DNA of 62,389 nucleotides from Candidatus Poribacteria bacterium (GTDB lineage Bacteria > Poribacteria > WGA-4E > WGA-3G): assembly GCA_009839975.1 (NCBI GenBank), contig VXOP01000361.1:1-62389 (forward strand), in the 5' to 3' direction. The position numbers were made by a program, and so were the translations under genes. The notes below the pieces were generated by a model. The model did no database searches. It was given only the letters and a program-made list of their open reading frames with translations, and was not told the origin of the DNA. This document shows positions 29,201 through 36,387 of this stretch, piece after piece. Each line of letters begins with the position of its first letter. Position 1 is the first letter of the stretch.

Positions 29201-29717
29201 TCCTGGAACTCAACATGAAGGTTTAGCTCCCAATATTCATAACTTTACAATAAACTCTGAAACAGGACAAATATCACTTGTAACAAATAAAGTTCTTCAA
29301 AGCTATGTAGTTACAGTTAATGTAACAGATGGAAAAGCGCGTGATAGAATTGACGTTACAATTAATCCTATTAGTTCATCTAATGCACCTTCTAATAATA
29401 TAGAACCGTTTAGACTTATTCCTACATCAACAGAATTATTACCGAATTATCCGAATCCGTTTAATCCTGAAACTTGGATACCGTATCAATTATCAGAAAG
29501 TTCTCATGTAGAATTAACTATATATGATATTAAAGGGGCTATCATAAGACATATAGATATTGGTCATAAAATGCCAGGCACTTATATAGATAAAATAAAT
29601 GCTATTCATTGGGATGGCTCTAATAATCGAGGTGAAAGAATTTCATCGGGAATTTATTTCTATACACTGAAGGCAGGTAAATATACTAAATCAAGGTCTT
29701 TATTGATATTGAAATAA
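23202..29717 (+). CDS. Giant (2,171 aa) surface adhesin: three LRR modules, about 14 cadherin repeats, a Pro/Thr-rich tandem linker and a T9SS/FlgD-Ig-like C-terminal sorting domain
   Basis: AGGAGG RBS before the ATG at 23202. N-terminal TM/signal sequence. LRR units (L..L.L..N.L..LP..IF.GL). Repeated cadherin signatures (NAPVF...I.EN...G..IG..I.A.D.D.D.LTY.L.G.DA..F.ID..SGQI.T...LD.E......I.V.D). C-terminal LLPNYPNPFNPETWIPY...GIYFY. Confidence 0.85.
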   Translation: MIIANMFRWKYTLISISAVFILYIIHFSNIAYSIPVSERTEQVQEEIKRALDIDEVSQITDAHLARITALNLKNKDIHSLKSGDFEGLSGLKNLNLFGNNLDVLPNSIFSGLKSLTVLRLGGNNTYPLQTPIKLEKISDGEFRAVVITAAPFDIELDINIVNGTTKNSKITVNKGSTYSSILNVERIYGTTDIVTAEIKVLPQLPKFHYGYIFVKSNRSPINVIDKVEVIIDKTPDDNVVDEVIEEDEVQDDSLDNQEPEIETSEVQNDITNNPPYFGTNNIFVRYIEENVIAGINVGMPITAIDQDPNDTLIYSLDGLDQESFSIDSKSGQILTKLPLDYESKNLYIVRVVVSDYKDKNWVYVVIKLIDKNDGRTNFVEDFLDINERTPAVQDAIISAIPNIDNAENITVDHLESITELNLRGAGITQLKSGDFSGLHGLTNLNLYGNMLRRLPEDIFNGLISLKSLRLGRNIFDPLPILVSFQKIEFDKYQVVIPTGAPFDINMLVNNNTSIDTVRIKKGDTRSNVFTSKGIPKIEQLPTLPRNHFGYTISQSTVCHRSEQVIKGITNSLGQPDCRLISDLDLLLIRDLDLSGMSIESLKSFDFSGLLMLNHIDLSNNKLSKLPEGIFDKLTRIQSLNLHNNRFDPLPITFLLEKVGKDQIKITIPVCAPSEMNIPVSVKVGEIVSNKFIVQISTGNYESDLYTITRPDDTLDYIYVDIVDPIDIPNTHSGYTFIGNTNTPLEIFERINVAPVFVEGEKTNRNIAENTDSGENIGIPITATDINNDKLNYTITGQDAQSFSIDNSNGQIITKSPLDYETKSEYSIIVNVSDGILTTSIIVAIKIDDVYENIYPVFVEGENTTRNIAENTDIGIGINAIKATDANENDTLEYTLSGTDASRFKIDSASGQLITNSQLDFETKSSYSIIVHASDNNGGTDSITVKIIVNDVNEAPVFISDLSTRITIDENITTRTNIGKFTATDEDKDDILKWTITGEEAQYFHIISTTGQLQTKSPLDYETKSLYTFDVNVYDNHGLSDTISVDIEISDIDENTAPEFIEGETVSRYIAENSNAGIDIGSPITARDSEQDSLVYTIQGTDANTFDIISTTGQLKTKDSLDYEFKNSYSVQVIVSDGKLTDTITVTIYINDVFEIVDIEPDIPETTQPDIPETTQPDTSENTQPDTPENTQPDTSENTQPDIPETIEPQTPQNNAPYFISGIPTSRSINENVPIGTNIGNPITAKDDDDGDKLTYSLINSSAAPFEIDATSGQIKTSTNVDHENKNSYTITVQVSDSKLTDTIAITINIIDVNEAPVFNAGNTATRSVLANTDSITNIGSAFSVSDDDGDALTWTLSGTDASSFSIDDKGQLKTKDNIDYSLKQSYAITITVSDGTLTDTIKVTINTIDTNEAPVFASDTTTLEIAENTASGVNIGSPITATDADNDTLTYTLSGTDAAAFSIQSTSGQIKTKESTDHETKDTYEVIITASDGNKSDTITVTIEIKDVNEAPVFTDSSDITREVNENTAPNEDIGDSIDISATDPDDGDTLTWTLGGTDAASFNSEIDSDSDTLQLKTVSALDYETKNSYSLKIIVSDSDGLEDDISVTININDVYEAPPNSAPVFTDGANTERSIAENTASGVNIGSPITATDANNDTLTWTLRGTDAAAFSIQSTSGQIKTKAALDFETKTTYTIIVNVSDEKGGTDSITVTIKITDVNENPGFLEESVTYSLNENTASGKNIGKPSVNNPNKDNLIFELKGDGSNAFDIVSNTGQLRTKDIFNYESDPTSYSFQIDCKLGENTIDTIDITVNIRDINEPPKFNINAKGLSKEFTISEKLLFPTISNTIAIIDATDEDAIDNEEYTRHNMRYSNRLKYKIASSNSNLFTIEQSTITFTGINVSKTGGQLYLYYSSDEEKYDTEKTYKLKIIVEDSKLARDSIDITVKVKKNSPPSFVDGDSTTREVSATANLGTFVGEPISATDPDGDKLEYKFVYLIPGTQHEGLAPNIHNFTINSETGQISLVTNKVLQSYVVTVNVTDGKARDRIDVTINPISSSNAPSNNIEPFRLIPTSTELLPNYPNPFNPETWIPYQLSESSHVELTIYDIKGAIIRHIDIGHKMPGTYIDKINAIHWDGSNNRGERISSGIYFYTLKAGKYTKSRSLLILK
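26679..26822 (+). repeat. Six tandem 24-bp repeats inside the adhesin gene (PDIPETTQ/PDTSENTQ units)
   Basis: CCTGATATACCCGAAACTACGCAA-type unit repeated six times in frame. Confidence 0.95.
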
Positions 29718-29730
29718 GTGTTAATAGTGT

Positions 29731-29756
29731 AGGCAGCATACCTGCGTATGCTGCCT
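29731..29756. terminator. Hairpin between convergent adhesin and STAS genes (possible bidirectional terminator)
   Basis: AGGCAGCATA-CCTGCG-TATGCTGCCT, a perfect 10-bp stem with a weak U-tract. Confidence 0.5.
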
Positions 29757-29854
29757 CAAACTATTCTTCAAAGTTATCAAGGATCAAATTATCAATGGCA
29801 TCTCACATGCATCTATACGATTTTCGTCTGACATTATATCTGACCAGACCCCGC

Positions 29855-30196
29855 CTATTTACGCTTCAGTCCATATATTGCTGCAGCTTCGGTATTGAAA
29901 TGTTCAAACATATTGATGAGCCGACTGCGGACGATCAGGTTTTTGATATTTTTCCCAACATGAATAATGGCAATCCGTCCATTTTTTGAGCGTGCCAGTT
30001 TGTAGGCACTCATGAGCGTGCCTAGTCCGCCACTATCCATTTTCTGCACGCGCTGAAAATCAATAAGAATAAGAGGTTTGTTCGCAGTATCTATCTGTTT
30101 TGTCATGACAGTTCGCATGTCCCGCACGGCTGTTCCTATAATGTTTCCAGTCGGTTGTAGGATAGCGATGTTGCCTTTTTTTCGTAGTGTTACCAT
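29855..30196 (-). CDS. STAS-domain protein (SpoIIAA/RsbV-like anti-sigma-factor antagonist)
   Basis: 113 aa. ...ILIDFQRVQKMDSGGLGTLM... matches the STAS DS.GLG region. Paralog at 41601..41945. Confidence 0.75.
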   Translation of the reverse strand: MVTLRKKGNIAILQPTGNIIGTAVRDMRTVMTKQIDTANKPLILIDFQRVQKMDSGGLGTLMSAYKLARSKNGRIAIIHVGKNIKNLIVRSRLINMFEHFNTEAAAIYGLKRK

Positions 30197-30272
30197 GTGT
30201 TCACCTCATATAAAGGGTTGATTGTTTGACAGAAACGCATATCGCTTATGTATCATGTATATTAGACAAGAC

Positions 30273-30360
30273 AAAATATCTTTAGCTTTTTTTCACGGGT
30301 AAAAAAAGTGTGTATCTGATAAAATATATGAACGTTTCTAAAAAAGAACTAAAGATTTTT
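30273..30360. promoter_or_regulatory. Conserved inverted-repeat operator in the STAS/sigma divergent intergenic region (pair 1)
   Basis: AAAATATCTTTAG (30273-30285) and CTAAAGATTTTT (30349-30360) flank a CTTTTTTT-CACGGG-TAAAAAAAG hairpin. Same layout as 41496-41553. Confidence 0.45.
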
Positions 30361-30443
30361 CTATAAAACACATATATTAAATATAGACAGTTTGTTTCAT
30401 ATGAACCGAACTGCAGATTCTAAGTCGTGTACGGGAGGTATAT

Positions 30444-31100
30444 ATGAATTGTCCAAGTGGTGGTCCCAGCCAACGCGGTAAATGTCCGTTTTATATTGTC
30501 CCGGATGATCCGCTCTCTGCGGATGCGTCTGTGAAACATTGTGTAGATGCTATAACAGCGAAAAATGATAGGTTACAAGGACTGAAAGAAGATTTTTATC
30601 AGATAGCGTATCTGGCACTATTAGAGGCTTTACCAGAATATAATCCATCTCATCCGAGTGGTGCAAGTCTGATTACGTTTGTGAAATCACGTGTCTGCAC
30701 GCGTCTCTGGCATGAACGTTCCAAAGCGTTATCACATATTCCATTTCCCACAGAGCCTTCTGATTGTTCCGGTTGCACAGGTGTGTGTTGTAGAAACCCG
30801 TTAGTTGCGGAGCTCACGCGTCAAGCGTGTTCACAAGAATCTATGGAAGACGAAGTTATTCGTCGACTTGAAGCGGAAAATCTCCGCAGATACTATCCAT
30901 TGCTGACTCGCAGGTTAAGCGAGAAAGAAAAAAGTATTCTGCAGCTAAAGTTTTTTGAAGAAAAAAGCGGTGTAGAGATTTCCAAGACACTGGGGGTCTC
31001 CGAGGGGCGTGTGAGTCAACTGACACAAACTGCCCTGGAAAAAGTCGGTAAAGCGTATTTTCTGCTATCGTTTGCTAAGAATCGCAACCCCTATATTTAG
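30444..31100 (+). CDS. Sigma-70-family RNA polymerase sigma factor with an unusual N-terminal GKCPFY motif
   Basis: Region 2-like YQIAYLALLEALPEYNP...FVKSRV. Region 4 HTH: LSEKEKSILQLKFFEEKSGVEISKTLGVSEGRVSQL. Paralog at 40782..41435. Confidence 0.75.
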   Translation: MNCPSGGPSQRGKCPFYIVPDDPLSADASVKHCVDAITAKNDRLQGLKEDFYQIAYLALLEALPEYNPSHPSGASLITFVKSRVCTRLWHERSKALSHIPFPTEPSDCSGCTGVCCRNPLVAELTRQACSQESMEDEVIRRLEAENLRRYYPLLTRRLSEKEKSILQLKFFEEKSGVEISKTLGVSEGRVSQLTQTALEKVGKAYFLLSFAKNRNPYI

Positions 31101-31133
31101 GCGCAGGCGGTGTGCCTAACTACGCAACGAACA

Positions 31134-31158
31134 TAGACCGATATAAAATATCAGTCTA
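31134..31158 (-). other. Candidate lox-like site 3 (inverted relative to sites 1 and 2)
   Basis: The reverse complement reads TAGACTGATA-TTTTA-TATCGGTCTA with the same flanks. Confidence 0.45.
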
Positions 31159-31325
31159 AATCAGAGAAAAAAATCTGACTCTTTTCCTTAAGTGTTGTCC
31201 TTTTAAACCGTTACCGCAACCGTTGTGGTTGTCCTGAACAGAAAAGAATCAAAAAATGCAAATCGTCCGCGTCTTGGGTCCTAATTAATTTTGAATTAGC
31301 TGCGCGTTACGCGAAATCGGGTTGT

Positions 31326-32438
31326 TTACGAACCCTTACTACCATTGCCTCCAACCTCCCTCTCCAAAACATCGTGCGCGGTATGGGTAACGCCCTGTGC
31401 GGTATGGGTAACGCTGTGTGTGCTATCGGTAACACCTAATTCCCGTTTAATTTGATGGTAATACTCATAAGCTTTTTCAAAAGCATCCCGCATAGACTTC
31501 GGCATCTGTGTGTAGCGCTCATGCTCCGATGTATTACGCCATATACCAAAACGCCGCGACTTTCTACGTTGAATCTGATTCGTTTCAACATTGACTCTCC
31601 ATAACTCGTTGAAGCTATAACGCCAATCACCATCCGCACGCATCTCCTTATCTTCAGGTGTCCGAACCTTCTTAACCTTCCGCTTGCGGAAAACAGGCTT
31701 CGGTTTCCCATCAGGTTTCGGATACAACTGATATACACCCGCCTCGTGCTTCTTGGACAAACGCTTAACTAAACCCGCTTTCGTGAGTTCTTTTATACAA
31801 TTAACGACCGTCTGCGGACTCATACCTACCCACTTGCGTATCTTGTCAATACTCAACGAATTCGTTATGCCCGTCTGCCAATCACTGCGATACTTCATGA
31901 CTATCCATACAACCGCAGACTTCCAACTTATATCACCAGAAAACAACCTTTCAAGAATACCGCCAACACCACGAGGTATCGCAAACTTCAACGGATTACC
32001 ATTTTTATCTGTCGGAACTTCGTCACGATCACAATTGTGATGCACAACCTCGTATATGCTACCCGTATTAATACCAACAGATAAAACAAATAACCAACCC
32101 TTGTCCTTCAAATCGGATAGCCGCTCGCGGATATAACGAACAGATACATCGGTAAGTTCAGAAAGCAGACGCAAACCCGTCCGCCACGTCTTACCCGTAT
32201 CATAAGTGCTACGATAATTAAATACACACAGCAATAAAAAATCAATAGAACACATCTCACCAGACAACAACTCCGATAACGCACTACTAAAACCATAAGG
32301 CAACTGCATCGTCGTCTCTACAGTTGGGTGAGGTATGTTGTATTCAGTCGACTCAACTAACTCAGGAGCCTCTAAATTATGACACGAAACAGGAACAGCA
32401 TTCAAAATGCCTAAACGCAAGGATGGATTTAGCACCAT
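31326..32438 (-). CDS. Rep-like double winged-helix protein (second complete copy)
   Basis: By my count it differs at 19 positions from the 12499..13665 translation. Confidence 0.6.
   Translation of the reverse strand: MVLNPSLRLGILNAVPVSCHNLEAPELVESTEYNIPHPTVETTMQLPYGFSSALSELLSGEMCSIDFLLLCVFNYRSTYDTGKTWRTGLRLLSELTDVSVRYIRERLSDLKDKGWLFVLSVGINTGSIYEVVHHNCDRDEVPTDKNGNPLKFAIPRGVGGILERLFSGDISWKSAVVWIVMKYRSDWQTGITNSLSIDKIRKWVGMSPQTVVNCIKELTKAGLVKRLSKKHEAGVYQLYPKPDGKPKPVFRKRKVKKVRTPEDKEMRADGDWRYSFNELWRVNVETNQIQRRKSRRFGIWRNTSEHERYTQMPKSMRDAFEKAYEYYHQIKRELGVTDSTHSVTHTAQGVTHTAHDVLEREVGGNGSKGS
31371..31433 (-). repeat. Three tandem 21-bp iteron-like repeats (copy C)
   Basis: Reverse complement of the GTTACC(C/G)ATA(C/G)CGCACA units. 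Confidence 0.8.
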
Positions 32439-32621
32439 CTTTCTTCTCCTATAATAAAAAAAATAGAATACACACACGCTTTTGCTATGCAACCCCTTGA
32501 CCTAACCCAGTCGGTAGGTGCGATTTCCCTATCGCACCAAACACTATCGGAAAATACAGGGATTCGTAAAAAAATGCATTTTTTACTTGACATATCCAAA
32601 ATTTTGTGGTATCCTACTTTT

Positions 32622-32666
32622 ATCAGTGTGGGGGTGTTGTGAAAGCAACCCCCCTTTCAATTTTTA
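32622..32666 (+). ncRNA. Predicted countertranscript RNA, copy C
   Basis: TTGACA (32587-32592), 17-nt spacer, TATCCT (32610-32615). Hairpin GGGGGTGTTG..CAACCCCCC (32630-32654), then TTTCAATTTTT. Confidence 0.45.
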
Positions 32667-32721
32667 AAACTATTAACACTCATTCCGATTAGTATACCAT
32701 ACCTGCCAATACAAATGCAAC

Positions 32722-32763
32722 CAAAAAATAAATAGGCAGATAACCGATAACGATTACCTGCCT
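32722..32763 (-). terminator. Rho-independent terminator (member of a recurring GGCAGGTAATCG..CGGTTATCTGCC hairpin family)
   Basis: The minus strand reads AGGCAGGTAATCG-TTAT-CGGTTATCTGCCT followed by ATTTATTTTTT. Related hairpins at 8684-8712 and 44008-44037. Confidence 0.7.
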
Positions 32764-32784
32764 ATTTTGAACGGCACAGAGTTT

Positions 32785-33156
32785 CTACTGCTTTATCGCC
32801 CCCACGTTACTTTTTTTACCAACTGGGGATACAGACAGCACATCATCGCTTATCCAATCTAAACCAACATAGTTTATGTTTAGCAAATCGGAAAAGCCAG
32901 AATTATTTGTCAACTGTGTGATATTTCTACTTTTTATATCATACTTATAGATATTAGTCGGTGGTTGTGTATGACTAAATCGAACGTTCAGTTCCACCTC
33001 ATGTGCACTGAAAACGACAGACTCACCGTTATCCATCCAGTCAAGACCGTGGGCATGTAAGTTTTTGGGTATCTGCAACTTTCGGGTATTCTCGTCTTGC
33101 ATTCTGAATCGCGGATTATATGGATTTATCAGATTACACGGATTTTTTTCTCTCAT
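32785..33156 (-). pseudogene. Beta-propeller (PD40/TolB-like) protein fragment with a repeat-derived N-terminus
   Basis: YKYDIKSRNITQLTNN looks like a PD40 repeat. The first ~20 codons (NPCNLINPYNPRF) are encoded by a REP-like element. A separate short RBS-preceded ORF lies upstream. Confidence 0.4.
33103..33144 (-). repeat. REP-like dispersed repeat (AATCCG...GCGATTCAGA family)
   Basis: The minus strand reads AATCCGTGTAATCTGATAAATCCATATAATCCGCGATTCAGA. Related copies at 48544-48578 and 50429-50464. Confidence 0.7.
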
Positions 33157-33321
33157 GTCCCTTTACTTTCACGAAGGCAGTAAAATACGATACTTTCCTC
33201 ATATCCACTCCTTCCTTCTTGACTCATCAATATCACACTGAATCATTCAGATTGTGATGCTTCTCGGCACTTGTTAATATGGTTAATAACTTGTTCAACC
33301 GTATTTTGGTAAGCATTTTAG

Positions 33322-35100
33322 TTAATGATAGAGATCGTTACGTTTGTGTCCGTTAGGAATTGCGACCCAGATCCCCCCTGTTTGTTGTGCAAGTTGTTGA
33401 TGAAATGTGTTGGTCGTTCCGATCACGCTGACAATAGCGGGCATTTGCTTGATAAGTTGAAGGGTGCCGCCTGTGGTTTGCTTCGGATCACCCGGTTCGT
33501 CCGTAAATACAATGAAATGCGTTTGAGCATTCGGTCTGGTTTTGATCCGTCTGACAGTTTCCTGGATTGCTGAAAGTAGGTTTTCATTATCTTTGAAGGG
33601 GATTTTTAAAATCTTGTGTATTTGGCTTTGTGTTTGAGGTGGGTTGTAAACATTCACGATATTAGTAGCACCTTTTGCGCGAAACCTAACGACACCCACT
33701 CTATAATCAATATGTGCGTTATCCCAATCGCGTAGCCACGTATCAATCTGTTGTGCGATATATGGCTTTTTTGATTCCATACTTTCACTTGTATCAATAA
33801 ATAGGATAATGTCGGTTGGGAAGTTGGCAGCCGATGTTCGTATCATGCGTCCGATGTTTTTAGGTTGTTGTGTTGTCATGACCTGCTGCGGTATTTCGTC
33901 TTTCGGAATTGCATGCCAAGTCCCACCCGTTTGTTCTGCTAACTTCTTGTGTTGTCCAATATTCTCACCTAACACATTTACATAGATTTCATTTTGTTGA
34001 CACACCTGGATAGCCGTACCTAATGTCTTTCCTGATAAACTTGTAAATGGTTCGTCTGTGAGTAGAATCAAGTGCTTGACGGTATTGCCTCGAAACTTCA
34101 TTTGATCTAATGTTTGATGGATAGCATCTAATGCGTGTTCATCGCCAGATACACTAATCGCATAGAGCATCTGCTTGTATTGAGATAAGTTTGTCGTCAA
34201 TGATGACACGTGTATATTGTTTGTTCCATTTTGATGGACATTGAAGCGTGTTAGACCGAGTTGATAATCAATTTCAGAGGCTTTGTATGCGTCAATCATT
34301 TCGATAAGGTGTTCTGCGACAGCGTGGATATTATCTAACATACTGCCACTGGCATCAATGACAAAGACGACATCAATCGGTGCGCCACCGCTACTTTGTA
34401 TAATATCATCTGCCAGTTGTTGTATGACACTGCTAAATGTATCTCCGGTGCCGGAGCCTGTTTTCCCTTTACCGGTTGTCCCACCAGTACCAGAGCCTGT
34501 TTTTCCTGCTCCTGTTTGAGATGGATTTATACTGAGACCTGACTTTGTGCCTTTACCGGATCCCCTTTCGAAAGTGCCTTCACGTTTGCCGACACTTTTT
34601 ACGTTGGGTGTCACAGAATCTCCACCGATGGGTGTCAACACCGAGTCGGGGGAAGGTGTCAAATCCGCATCTGTAGATAAATCAGGCGTATCTAATACCT
34701 CTAAGACATCAGCAGTTTTTGACGCTGCGCTCTGAATATCAGGTTGTAGGTTAGCAGCCGATCCTCCCTCCATCTTTTGTATTGCTGCGGATGTTTGTAT
34801 GTGTTTGACTGTCGTCTGCTTCTGTTGCATTGTTCGTCTTTGCTTGGACAGTTCTATCGGTGTTTCTGTTTCGGTTTCTTTCTTAGGTATCGGTAGCACC
34901 TTTTTTCTTTTTTTCTGCTGTCGTGGCAGCTCCGATAAAATATCTATCTGTATTTCATCCTCAGCTTCCGATATGTCTGATTTGAAATAGAGATTGAGCA
35001 TCAGAAGGATGATAGCGATACCATGCACAATCAAAGAAATGCGAAACGCCCGTTTGCGATGTTCTCGCTGAAACGCTTTTTGAAGTAGTCGATTATTCAT
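33322..35100 (-). CDS. Membrane-anchored protein with two von Willebrand factor A domains
   Basis: N-terminal TM helix. MIDAS-like VVFVIDASGSM and ILFIDTSESM. Gly/Thr-rich linker. Confidence 0.75.
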   Translation of the reverse strand: MNNRLLQKAFQREHRKRAFRISLIVHGIAIILLMLNLYFKSDISEAEDEIQIDILSELPRQQKKRKKVLPIPKKETETETPIELSKQRRTMQQKQTTVKHIQTSAAIQKMEGGSAANLQPDIQSAASKTADVLEVLDTPDLSTDADLTPSPDSVLTPIGGDSVTPNVKSVGKREGTFERGSGKGTKSGLSINPSQTGAGKTGSGTGGTTGKGKTGSGTGDTFSSVIQQLADDIIQSSGGAPIDVVFVIDASGSMLDNIHAVAEHLIEMIDAYKASEIDYQLGLTRFNVHQNGTNNIHVSSLTTNLSQYKQMLYAISVSGDEHALDAIHQTLDQMKFRGNTVKHLILLTDEPFTSLSGKTLGTAIQVCQQNEIYVNVLGENIGQHKKLAEQTGGTWHAIPKDEIPQQVMTTQQPKNIGRMIRTSAANFPTDIILFIDTSESMESKKPYIAQQIDTWLRDWDNAHIDYRVGVVRFRAKGATNIVNVYNPPQTQSQIHKILKIPFKDNENLLSAIQETVRRIKTRPNAQTHFIVFTDEPGDPKQTTGGTLQLIKQMPAIVSVIGTTNTFHQQLAQQTGGIWVAIPNGHKRNDLYH

Positions 35101-35107
35101 TTATATT

Positions 35108-36337
35108 TCATCTCCCCGTTTTCGACTTTATATTGAGTATATAATCTGTCGTTGCAAGTGGTATTGAGGTTTTATCAAGCACTTCTATGTTTAGAGGGAC
35201 TTTTTTGGTGCGGGCTTGGTCATCAGCTGTAAACAGAATACGGATTATTCTAAACTCATTTTTACCGAGCGTGATCGTCTGATCGGGTGTCTGATACTGC
35301 ACACCACTGATAGACTTTGGGCGTATCCGCAGTTTGATGTTTTTTGCATTCCCTCCGCTGTTTGTGAGTGTCAACCTGAGTCGGACATTCTCACCGGCAT
35401 CAATGTATCCGTTTTTGTTCGTCCGTTCTTCTAAAGTTGCGTCAATAGATATTTTGGGTTGTTCCTTACCTGGCAAGATACCGGAAAAGACTCCCTGTTG
35501 TATCACGACAAATATAACGACGCCGATAACAATCAAAAGAGGCAGTATCCGAATAAGTTTTTTATATCGCGACTTCTGTTTATCTTTATATGTAGCAAAC
35601 TTTATGACATTGCGGAGTTCGTGTGCAAGGCGGTAGTGCGGATCGAGTTGCAAAACAGTGTCAGTTTGACTCTTGGCGTTGTCTAAAGCACTCATACCTA
35701 CATAAGCCTGTGCAAGTTGGTAATGTGCTTCAACAGACTCAGGTTCTATTTTGAGCACTCTTTTGAATGCTGCTTCGGCTTGTAGATATTGCTTATTGTT
35801 GAGGTAAACAGTGCCGCGCTCCATCTCTTTATCAATGTCGAGTTCTTTGTCCTCAATAGGTGGCTTTGCTTGTTCAGTTTGTTCAGTCGGAATAGGTTTT
35901 TGATCTTGTTCGGTATTTTCAGTTTTCTTGGTGGTATCTTGTGGCACAATGGCTTGAAGGAAAGACAAGGCGGGTTGATAGGTTGGGTCAAGTTTCAGTG
36001 CGGTCTGTGTTGCGTTTTTCGCTTCTTGCAGTTGATGCTGTGAAAAATAGCAGAGGGCAAGGGCGTGATGCGCGTCAATATAATCCGGGTCAAGTTCGAG
36101 AACCGCTTCAAAATGGGTCATCGCTTGGTCAACCTGCCCATCATCAAATGCAGCTTTACCGAGCGTATAGTGAGCGTGTGCAATGTCGTTCATGCCTTCA
36201 TTATAGTCAATACCGATTGAAAAATCAATCACATAATGTGAACATTCGCTGTTTCTGATTGTATTTCGGTGTTGCCAAATAGAATAACACACATCACCCA
36301 TTGATAAGGGTAAATAACTGTTCACCTGCCCTTCCAC
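35108..36337 (-). CDS. TPR-repeat membrane protein with a C-terminal Ig/CARDB-like region
   Basis: TPR consensus repeats (AHYTLGKAAFDDGQVDQAMTHFEAVLELDPDY...). Central TM helix. The start codon is uncertain. Confidence 0.65.
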   Translation of the reverse strand: MEGQVNSYLPLSMGDVCYSIWQHRNTIRNSECSHYVIDFSIGIDYNEGMNDIAHAHYTLGKAAFDDGQVDQAMTHFEAVLELDPDYIDAHHALALCYFSQHQLQEAKNATQTALKLDPTYQPALSFLQAIVPQDTTKKTENTEQDQKPIPTEQTEQAKPPIEDKELDIDKEMERGTVYLNNKQYLQAEAAFKRVLKIEPESVEAHYQLAQAYVGMSALDNAKSQTDTVLQLDPHYRLAHELRNVIKFATYKDKQKSRYKKLIRILPLLIVIGVVIFVVIQQGVFSGILPGKEQPKISIDATLEERTNKNGYIDAGENVRLRLTLTNSGGNAKNIKLRIRPKSISGVQYQTPDQTITLGKNEFRIIRILFTADDQARTKKVPLNIEVLDKTSIPLATTDYILNIKSKTGR

Positions 36338-36387
36338 GCAGATAAAAGAGCTTCTGTTGTCTTCAGTGCTGGCGTATATCTTTTCGC

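Larger units (their letters stand above)
12243..32796. mobile_element. Putative composite plasmid-like element bounded by 1.6-kb inverted repeats
   Basis: Inverted copies at 12243-13866 and 31124-32796. The cargo consists of replication, recombination, methylation, adhesin and sigma genes. Confidence 0.45.
31124..32796 (-). repeat. Inverted-repeat copy C (rep-like gene plus control region plus downstream site, plus 42 nt shared with the BCCT 3' end)
   Basis: Reverse complement of copy B. The outer end (32755-32796) matches 8652-8693. Confidence 0.95.
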
